Origin: Octopus vulgaris
Taxonomy: Eukaryota
DNA: 64,000 bases
NCBI GenBank assembly: GCA_951406725.2
Contig: OX597821.1
Location: 100,626,001-100,690,000 of the forward strand
Direction of reading: 5' to 3'
Below are positions 53,833-64,000 of the stretch, in pieces; positions within the stretch are counted from its first letter, which is position 1; each line of letters begins with the position of its first letter. The position numbers and the translations under genes are program-made. Below the pieces are notes generated by a model. That model was not told the DNA's origin. It made no database searches and saw nothing but the letters and a program-made list of their open reading frames with translations.

Positions 53833-54301
53833 TAAATGAATAGAAATATATAAGTAGAAAAATGCATATGTAAATGAAACAAACAAAGCAAAAATGATTA
53901 AGTCAAAGAATGCCACAGTAACTCATAGAAAGAAGAAAAGGAAAGAAGAAACAAGAGAAAATTAATGAAAGATAAATAAAAGTGTTTTGTATGACGTCAG
54001 AGTACTAAGAGATAAGAGACTGGGATATTCCCCGCATTAGTATTAAAAGAGAAAAATCCTCGTGGTTCCTTAGTCATTAGTCATTAAACATAACTTGACA
54101 TTTTCTACAAAGAAAATTGCGGAAATATTTCAAAGACGTCTTATAGTGTAGGCTCGCCCACCTAACATTTACAGCTCTTCCAGTAGCATTCACAGAATGG
54201 TATTCGTCACCAGAGTTGCAAGCATAATGCTAAGCAGAGTATGTGCACACACATTCTGTGTATATGTGTCTATGCTTATATTCCTGCTGCTGTATATGTT
54301 G

Positions 54302-54341
<40 letters not shown>

Positions 54342-54606
54342 TGTGTGTGTGTATACATTTAGATAAATAGATAGATACATAGATAGACAGACACACACAC
54401 ATATATATATATATATCAAAATATATATATATATATATCAAGAATAAGTAACAGGATATCAAGAAGTGATGCAGTACAACCGTTTCAAGCGGCTCCATTT
54501 AATTGAACAATCCAATCATTACATTAATTTAAATGTAGGGCTATAATCAGCAGCACGAATATATAATTAGAATTTTAATATATGTCTATAAAGGTGGCTG
54601 GGTATA

Positions 54607-54659
<53 letters not shown>

Positions 54660-54717
54660 TATACATATATATATATATTATATATAGAGAGAGAGAAGAG
54701 AGAGAGAGAGAGAGAAG

Positions 54718-54747
<30 letters not shown>

Positions 54748-54748
<1 letters not shown>

Positions 54749-55150
54749 CGCAGGAGTGGCTGTGTGGTAAGTAGGTTGTGTACCAACCACATTGTTCCGG
54801 GTTCAGTCCCTCTGCGTGGCACCTTGGGCAAATATCATCTACTATAGCCTCAGGCCGCCCAAAGCCTTATGAATGGATTTAGTTGACGGAAACTGAAAAA
54901 AGCCCGTTGTGTATATATATATATAGTGTGTGTATGTGTGATTATGTGTGTATGTTTGTCCCCCTAACATCGCTTGACAACCGATACTGGTGTGTTTACG
55001 TCCCCGTAACGTAGCGGTTCGGCAAAAGAGACCGATAGGATAAGTACCAGGCTTACAAAGAATAAGTCCTGGGATCGATTTGCTCGACTAAGTGTGGTGC
55101 TCTAGCATGGCCGCAGTCAAATGACAGAAACAAGTAAAAGAATAAAAGAA
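54748..55150 (+). mobile_element. SINE family A, full length
   Basis: gcaggagtggctgtgtggtaag head to gaaacaagtaaaag tail. Confidence 0.9.
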
Positions 55151-55753
55151 TATTGTGTGTGTGTGTAGGTAAGTATTCTTTTAAGGAATGGAACAGTGAT
55201 TCTCGGAGCAGATAAAGCTATAAATAATAGCATGTAAATACTGAATTAAAATATCCCTTGAATCGGAAAACTAGAAGGTTACACGTGGAACACGTACTCA
55301 CATCTCTTAATTGAACACACGTTTTACCAACGTCAAAAATATGTATTTATATATTTGTGTGTGTGTGTGTGTGTGTGTGCGTACATATATTCGTTTTTCA
55401 TTGTAGTTGTTTCAGTCATTGGAATGTGGCTATGCTGGGGCAACGTCAAACAAATCGACCCCGGAACTTATGCGGACTAAGCAAACCAACACCGGTTGTC
55501 ACTCGTAGTGGGTGACAAGCACAAGCAAAAAGATACACACACAGACACAAACACACACGTAGATATACACACGTATATAATATGCTTCTTTCAGTTTCCG
55601 TCAAACAAATCTATTAACAAGGCTTTAATCAACCTAGTGCTATAGTAGAAAACACTAATCCAAGGTACTAATCAGTGGAATTGAACCTGGAATTATGTGG
55701 TTGGGAAGGAAACTTATTACCAAACAGCCACGCTTGCGCCTATACATACATAC

Positions 55754-55839
<86 letters not shown>

Positions 55840-55864
55840 ATAGATGCATACATACATACACTCA

Positions 55865-56079
55865 TACAAGTTCATGCTGAACAGTTCCTGGCTTTGGGTA
55901 AAATAAAATACAGGAGGATCAGTTAATTATGATTTTATTCAACATATTCTCCTCTCAGATTCACACACTTAGTGCAGTGGTCCTTCAGTTTCTCTAAATC
56001 CAGTAAATGAACTCGGAATATTGGGTCTTCAGCCCGGCCTTTTGCGAACCCTTAAAGCAAGGAACGTTTCAGCACCCTG

Positions 56080-56083
<4 letters not shown>
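55865..56083 (-). mobile_element. Mariner-derived MITE
   Basis: Inverted ends tgctgaacagttcctggcttt / aaagcaaggaacgtttcagca. Retains a mariner C-terminus on the minus strand (KLKDHCTKCVNLRGEYVE*). Confidence 0.75.
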
Positions 56084-56124
<41 letters not shown>

Positions 56125-57413
56125 CACATACCCATATACACTGTACTTCTAGGGGATCATTCTACAACTAATAATAACATACAAATTCAGAGGTTATAGT
56201 TCGACATTTTGTTATAAGCAGTTAACGAAGATCAGGGGAAAAGCAAACAATATGTATAAGTACTATTATGGATGTAACGCCCCAGCAATTGTACATCTCT
56301 TTCAACGTGGTTTCATATCAAGAAAATTGCTAAACAAATTCAAAAAGAAGATGTATTTTCCCTTCTTCATTTTGCATTGAGCGTGTGTGTATGTGTGTAG
56401 TTTTTTTCTTTTATTTAGATCAGAGGGTATCAGTCATAACAGGGCAAGGTCAGTATTGAAATCCAAATTAGAAGGGATAGAATATCGTAAACATACGGAG
56501 AAGAAACGATAGAGAGGTTAGTTGGGAGAGCAGGAAAAAGAGAGAAAGGTTGTAGGAAAAAGTAGAAGTACAAAAATACTGATTTCAAATTTTGGCACAA
56601 GGCCAGCAATTTCGGAGAAAGTCTTAAGTCGATTACATCGATTGTAGATCTCAGCTAGTACTTATTTTCTCAACCTCGAAAGGATGAAAGCAAAGTCAAC
56701 GTCGGCGGAATTTTAATTCGGAGCGTAAAAATGGACCCCTCTGTCCTTTTATAAATACGTCTATAACTATATATTCTTTTTCGTTCTTGGATTTGGTTTG
56801 CAAGATTCTTTATATGAGTTCGTGTGTTGAAGCATATTCTGTTGTGTCTGGGGAGAGTCATTTTCTTTTTGTGCCTTATTATTTAACACACTCACCGGTA
56901 AAATTTCCACTTATTTCTTATTTTTATTTTCCTAAAATTTTCGTTGCGTCTTGCGACCCTTTCAAGTATAAATTGATAGAAATTCGGTTTCTATTTCTAT
57001 CAGGTCAATTTACAATGACTCATGTACAGTGAATTGTTTGGACACTTACTTACTAAAAGTAGTGTTCAAGTTCTGTGGTTATTTCTATCATGATTGGGAA
57101 CGTTGAACTCTAAGAAAAATGGCGGTGCATGGTGTATGGCTAGTAATGTATTGGTGTGCCCAGCTTTAGCTAATGTAAACTGTAAACTGATATAACTGGG
57201 AAGGAAGCAAACAAACGAGTATTGACAGATTTTTTGATATGACGGTAGAGATTGGTTTGTCTTAGTGGTATGATGTAATAAATATTGAGAACAGTTAATA
57301 CTACGTTTACATCACTGGAAAAAATAATGAACGACAGCTAGGCAACGACTGAAGGCTTATACGTACAGGCGTATATGTTAATATATAATCACACACACAC
57401 ATACTTGTATGTA

Positions 57414-57511
<98 letters not shown>

Positions 57512-57750
57512 CATGTACAGAGAGAGAGAAAGAGAGGCTGAGAAGGAGAAGGAGAGAGAGAGAGACGTTGAATAAGCATCTTGTCACTATAAAGGATAAC
57601 TACCTTATGTGCGTGTGGCAGCGCAGAAAGTATATTGTGTACCTGTTAGCTTTATGTAATATATATATACTTACATATAATACACCTCCCTTTTTTCTCT
57701 ATCTCCCTTTCTCTCCTCTCCCTCCCCCTCTCTCTCTTTCTCTGTATACG

Positions 57751-57802
<52 letters not shown>

Positions 57803-57828
57803 CATATGCACGTACACACCCAGATACA

Positions 57829-57869
<41 letters not shown>

Positions 57870-57872
<3 letters not shown>

Positions 57873-58045
57873 CGTAGGAGTGGATGTGTGGTAAGTAGCT
57901 TGCTTACGAACCACGTGGTTTCGGGTTCAGTCCCACTGCGTTGTAGTAGAAGACACTTGGGCAAGTGTGTTCTACTATAGCCTCGGGCCGACCAAACCCT
58001 TGTGAGTGGATTTGGTAGACGGAAACTGAAAGAAGCCTGTCGTAT
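57870..58045 (+). mobile_element. SINE family A, 5' half
   Basis: ggcgtaggagtggatgtgtggtaag...gaaactgaaagaagcctgtcg. Confidence 0.85.
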
Positions 58046-58054
58046 ATATGTATA

Positions 58055-58258
58055 CACTTGAAATTTTTAAGAACTTGCAAAGCAGAAAATTTCCACCTCC
58101 TAACAGCTATTTGGAGGCTTCGGAGAAGGATTTATGGAACATTGCCAAGAAAATAAAGTTTGTCAAATATCCCTTAGAGGGAATGAACAGCAACGAGGGA
58201 ATTATTATGCCTTCGGAAAAAAATGGTAATCTATATCATATGGACATTAAAAAATCCA
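58055..58258 (+). pseudogene. Fragment of the Penelope-like RT N-terminal region
   Basis: SRKFPPPNSYLEASEKDLWNIAKKIKF...IIMPSEKNGNLYHMD resembles the PLE PP...L..FE.DL...I..IKF...ADKT.N.Y.M motif. Confidence 0.6.
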
Positions 58259-58325
58259 TTGTATATATATATATATGTACATACATACATACATGCATAC
58301 ATACATACATACATACATACATACA

Positions 58326-58356
<31 letters not shown>

Positions 58357-58532
58357 GACTCTATGCTGATTGGTGATACAGTATGGGCAGATTTTCGAAA
58401 TCCAATGGATCTTTATACATTTATACAGTTAAGAAATTTTAGAAATACACTTTTCCAAGGAGATATGATAAACCTATTATAATGGGTAATACTACATGTA
58501 CTTTTAATATTTCTTATATTGGGATATAATGT

Positions 58533-58627
58533 TTGCGGCGGAAGAGAACGTTAAAGCATCTTTTATATCAATAATACACTGATGTAATAACGGATTGTTT
58601 ATAAAGCTTGAAACAGGTGTACCGCAA
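58533..58627 (+). ncRNA. Hammerhead-like motif with long stem II (core CGGAAGA)
   Basis: ttgcgg-CGGAAGA-(64 nt)-GAAA-caggtg-TA-ccgcaa. Stem I is extended by ggata/tatcc; followed by (TA)n. Confidence 0.6.
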
Positions 58628-58696
58628 TATCCTTTGGGTTCTGTTTTTAATTCTATCATATATATATTTATATATACATATATATATATATGTATG

Positions 58697-58736
<40 letters not shown>

Positions 58737-58789
58737 AATGTGTGGGTTGTGTGTGTGTGTGTATATATAAATATATGTATATATATATA

Positions 58790-58860
<71 letters not shown>

Positions 58861-58893
58861 GTATGTATATATATATATATGTATATATATAAA

Positions 58894-58940
<47 letters not shown>

Positions 58941-59218
58941 CAAATTATTACATTATATAAAAGGGCTTAGTAAAATAAATTACTTTGCCACATACTGAAC
59001 TCATTAGAAATAGCAGCTAAAAAAAATTTTTTTTAAACTATTTCTAATACTTAAAGAAAATCTCTCTCATATAGTGTTTGCTCAAGTCAACTCACGAAGA
59101 TATGGGGGTAAAAACATTAAAAGATCACAAATGCAAAGGTTATTTGGGAACGTACGTTTCTAGATTAGTCAAATCGACATTTCTTTCGCCAGCTCAGAAC
59201 TCCTTGATTCGGATTTGA

Positions 59219-59480
59219 GAACTACACAACCAATTTCATTCAAATTTTACACATGCCTTACTTAGGGTCCGGGGAGTGTCATCGGCAAAAATGTTTTAAC
59301 TTTTTGCCTAGGGCGAGCCCACAGCAAAATCATATCTTCTCCACTACGATTCCCTAAAACTTGCGAACTACACAACCGATTTCATTCAAATTTTACACAT
59401 GCCTTGCTTAGGGTCCATGTAGTTTCATGGGCAAAAATATGTTCAACTTCTTGCCTAGCAATATCATATCCTCTCCACTA
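59219..59480. repeat. About 146-bp tandem duplication in a probable Helitron-type non-autonomous element
   Basis: gaactacacaacc.atttcattcaaattttacacatgcctt.cttagggtcc occurs at about 59219 and 59364. Confidence 0.7.
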
Positions 59481-60183
59481 TTTCAGTATTACGTGTTAAA
59501 AGTGAAACAAAAACATTTCTCTATTTTATCTCGGATACTTTCACTTTAACAATAAAAATTAGAGATAATAATAACAATTGAATTATATGTAGTAAGTAAT
59601 AATTAAAATCAAACTAAAGTATAATATAATCGTAACATGACAAAAGTAAAAATAGCAATTGGTATAAAATTGCATCAATGACTTGAACTTGAATAAGTGG
59701 TTTCACATGAATGGGAATAAATTAAAAATAAAATTAGCGTGCAGAAATGGAATAGTCCAGATGGAGCTGTGCACATAGCGTTTACCACGGCTTCTACATT
59801 AGATTATCTGCTAATTAGCTAGCATTAAGTATCTATATGAAGTTTGGCTGTATGTAATGTCTGTTTTCTCGAACAGCAACTTCTACTGAGTACTGCTGTT
59901 AGTTTAATTCTTATACATAAAGGACTATAGCTTTAACTGCGTACTGCTTTTTGATTCACCGTAAGGTTTGTTGTTATTATTATAACTGTTTAACTATTGT
60001 TATCACGTTTGTTGGATTCCTCGTAAGGGAAACATTGTTGAGTTGCATTTGTTAAATAATTGTAAACTGTAACCCTCCCCTTTGGGAGAAGGAGCTTTGG
60101 TTATTGTTTAAAAATTGAATTGTGTCCCTGTTTGGGGAAACTGACGATATTTTCACCGTTTATACGGAAGCATTTTTGTTAGA

Positions 60184-60715
60184 ATGCCTTCGATAGAAGA
60201 AAGTCCAAAAATGAATTTCGCTGCAGCCATCGGCGGGCGCGAACTCATTAAAATTAAAATGGAAGAAATACAAACCTATTTCGGATTGATCACCGACAAA
60301 GATGGTGAATCTAGGATAACACCACCAAACGAAATAAAAAATAAAATTAAAGAAAAGACTATTGCCTATAAAGTATACAAATGTAGAGAAAAAAAAAATT
60401 TGAACACCTGGAGGAAAGCACCATCGAAAAGTGTCTTGGTGCGACTATGAAAGATATCTAACCAGAGGCGATAAATTCGCCACAATAGAAGCAAGGCTCG
60501 AGTCAACGAGCCTGCAAGGGAGTACTCGACTCGAACCTTGCAAAGTGGAAATATTTTATTTTTACCTTTATATCTGGGACGTAGGACGTCCCGAATAAAA
60601 ATTTAAAATGTCCCTCCAGAAATAGAGGTAGGCTGGATTGTAGCCACACTTCTATACAAGAGGGAGGACAGGATACAATTGATCGAAATTGCAAGAGACG
60701 GGCCTACAATTCCAG
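60184..60715 (+). pseudogene. Possible disrupted LINE ORF1-like coding remnant
   Basis: Non-repetitive, coding-like sequence continuing across frameshifts (...LPLYLGRRTSRIKI*NVPPEIEVGWIVATLL), reminiscent of the L1/Tx1 ORF1 NVPPE motif. Confidence 0.4.
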
Positions 60716-61345
60716 TCTGTTATATATTTTGAGTATTGTTATCACCAGCGATATCAAGATATATCTTTGTATTTTGTATTTTATGTGTAGATGTATATAC
60801 ATAAATGTACATGTAATATGTACTCATATATATACACATATATACATGCACTAGCACTATGACCCGGCAACGACAGGTCATAATGCTAGTCCTCATATAT
60901 TCTTATAACTTATATGAACACGTAAACGCACATTCACACACAGACATACACACACATGGTGATACAAATATAAATATATATCAATAGCTTATCATGGTTA
61001 ATATGTTATTGCGTCTCTTGTTACAGCCGTTATTGTTATTTATATTAATACCATCTTCAAACGAACATTTCCGCACGTATCAATGACACACCAAGTATAT
61101 TTCAAAACGTATAAGATCAATAGTAAGACGACCAGAAAACTTTTTCTAATTAAGAACATTTTCTCAAAAGTTTATTTACATATATAGACATGTATGTGTG
61201 CGTGTGTTTGTGTGTGCGTGTGCATTAGCGTGTAGAGATGTACGTGCGTACACGTATATGTATATACACATATATGTATATGTACATATAGATATATATT
61301 TATAGATGTATATTTTTATGTGTGTACACACACACACACACACAT

Positions 61346-61381
<36 letters not shown>

Positions 61382-61851
61382 TCTTAAATATATAGGCATA
61401 TATACGCACAAATAAGTATGTGGGAGTATCCATAAAATATATATATACATATATATATATATGCGGGTGCGTGTATGTCTGTGTATGTGCGTGTGTGAGA
61501 GAGAGAGAGAGAGGTAGAGAGAAGAAATGTGAAAACGATGTCGTTACATAACTTTACACAAGATACCAACGTTGTGAATGATTAGAGGAACCTTCCATTT
61601 TATCACTAGCTGTTCGTTTGTACGCATAATTAAATACCTAATTAATCAATTAATTAATTTGTTAATCAAATAGTTGTCCCTCGCATATTCTCGTCAGCTC
61701 CTAAAATTATTTTGGCAGATTTTCAGTTTCCGACAACCACATGTAGTGGAGTTGGATTTATATAATATTAACATTATAAACATGAAGTACCCAAGTAATT
61801 CTTCATGAAGGTTATTCAGTACACACGCACGCGCGTGCACATATATATATA

Positions 61852-61921
<70 letters not shown>

Positions 61922-62752
61922 AAAATTAATCAAAGGACACACTAATTATGTCTACCTGCTAGAAATAACTGTAAAAGTTTTATTTAAATCGCCAAAATAC
62001 ACTGATAATAATTGCAAAAATCAACCCTCTGAAGGCAAACGGGCTAAGACAATCTCCCAGCATATATTCAAGCATTTGGACCCACGTGGACCGGTTTCTC
62101 CACTGGCATAATAGCCTCAGTTTCCTCAGCCCTCGTTACCATGATAGACACCTCCAACCCGTCTGCGCTGCAACTGAGCATTTGCGCCGAAATCATGGCA
62201 GCCACCAGTGAAAAAATAATTTCAGTACGGAGCAAATAATTCATGAGAAAAAAATAATTTGCAAAGATATCATTGACTCTGTTATTATCTAGGGTAACAA
62301 ATAAAAAATGATAATAAATGAATCAATAATATAGGCGATTCCCAGTGAACTACGTTAAGTGTACGTGCGTCTGGAGTGCTCAGCCATTTGCATGTTAATT
62401 TCACGAGCAAGCTGTTCCGTTCATGTCAACACATACACACATACAGAATACACACACATATAATGATTGTCATGGCGTGTCAATCAACACAAACACACGT
62501 CCGTTATCTATGACATATACACACAGTCTTGGCGCTCTCTAAGAATAGAAAAAAAAACGTCGACTTTTGACGTACACAATATTTTAATCATTTGGAAAGA
62601 TTTTTAACTGAATGTGATTTCATCATCCGGAATTTGTTAATTTCCGTGAAATTTTTTTATTTATTTACCTTTGTTTTAAAGTAAAAGAGAGACGAAAGTG
62701 AAAGATGTATGTACTTGTATATGAAATGGACGTGTGTGTGAAAGAGAGAGAG

Positions 62753-62807
<55 letters not shown>

Positions 62808-63510
62808 GAGCGATAAAGAGATAGAAAGAGAGTGAGTGGAGAGATGCGTGTCATATATACGTACATACATCAATACATATGCGCACATCTTTTTTGTATG
62901 TACGTGTGCATGTGTGAGTGTGAGAGGGAAAGTGAACGTGTGTGTTCTCCATGTATGTGTAAGTGGCACTCTCTCTCTCTCTCCCCACACACATAAACTC
63001 ACACACACACACACATCGATTTCATATATACGTTCATACATCTTCCACTTTCCCCTCTCTCACTTTAAAACGAAAATATCAGGTGATTTTTAGGATAAAA
63101 ATTGTTTTAAAAAAGCTTATGTAAACTTTGCATACAAAAGTTTTCAGAATCGATGATATGGCCAGGGGGAAAAAGCTTTCAAGTTAGGTGTATTTAGTAT
63201 AATTTTACTTGCTTATGATTAGATTTTATAAAATTTTCATTAGATTTAAGCCCCTATTTTTTCCATAAGTCTTATTCTGACATTAAATGAGTCAACTCAT
63301 TTTATAAGTCTCTAATAAAGAAAAAAACGTCGACAGTTCCAGTTAAATGAGTCCAGAAGTTAGGTTAAATATATGTGCATGCATAAGTACCATGAATTCC
63401 CATTCTACAAACTGGCAAACAATTCCGTGAATACTTTACTGGGCATCAGTGGGTAGTAAGTCTACTATATATATATAATCAAAATAAGCAACAAGAATAT
63501 CTTCGGTAAT

Positions 63511-63596
63511 TTGGTACGATCGTTTCACGCTACATCATTTTATTAAACATTGTAAGTATTACAACAGTTTTAAAATGTTGAGCAATCATCAGCCAA
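63511..63596 (-). ncRNA. Type-I hammerhead ribozyme with long stem II, in a short element (about 63478-63700) between (TA)n tracts
   Basis: Minus strand: ttgg-CTGATGA-ttgctcaacattt...aaatgatgtagcgt-GAAA-cgatcg-TA-ccaa. Canonical core, palindromic stem III, GUA site. Confidence 0.85.
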
Positions 63597-63714
63597 TTAT
63601 AGAGGTTTTCCATCAATGCATATACTTATTTTCATGTTAATTGATAACATTATAAAGAGGGTAGATATATAGACAGAGATGTTGATTTGAATGTTCATAT
63701 ATATATATATATAT

Positions 63715-63801
<87 letters not shown>

Positions 63802-64000
63802 TAGTATGAGCAATCTTGAGTATAATCATCCGAAATTGCAAAGATAATCTGGAACACGATTGAGGAAAGAAAACACCGAATGACCCGTCCTTGTTTTCTT
63901 TGTATCGTCTATCTGGATGTTTTGTTGTCTCTTTTTTGCATCACCTAACTGTCTGGATGTTTTGCGTTCTTGTCCCATTTTGTATTTTATATATATAGCT

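Noticed and set aside
54162-54244. Micro-exon (CTAAC...CAG / GTATGT)
   Set aside because: Splice-like signals only, with no recognisable peptide or partner exons; expected by chance in 64 kb.

Overview
AT-rich eukaryotic window dense in microsatellites and transposons, intergenic or deep intronic. The SINE families and repeat content suggest an octopus/cephalopod genome (inference). I could not support any host protein-coding gene, and almost all ORFs in the track are microsatellite translations. Supported content: (1) a full-length Tc1 (DD34E) element with long IR/DR ends and an uninterrupted transposase ORF (31262-32889); (2) a young 5'-truncated R4/Dong-type RLE retrotransposon inside (TAA)n, plus an older copy; (3) a second RLE family associated with (CATA)n; (4) three Penelope-like (PLE) protein remnants; (5) many tRNA-derived SINEs, MITEs and Helitron/Helentron non-autonomous elements. 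The main signal is about a dozen minimal type-I hammerhead ribozyme (HHR) motifs from several unrelated short non-coding elements, mostly abutting (TA)n. They include a 489-bp unit with terminal redundancy (retrozyme-like), a near-perfect 198-bp HHR palindrome, and a tRNA-headed (Pol III) element with an HHR tail arranged head-to-head, a candidate Penelope-mobilised SINE. All structures were folded by eye and coordinates are approximate to a few bases.
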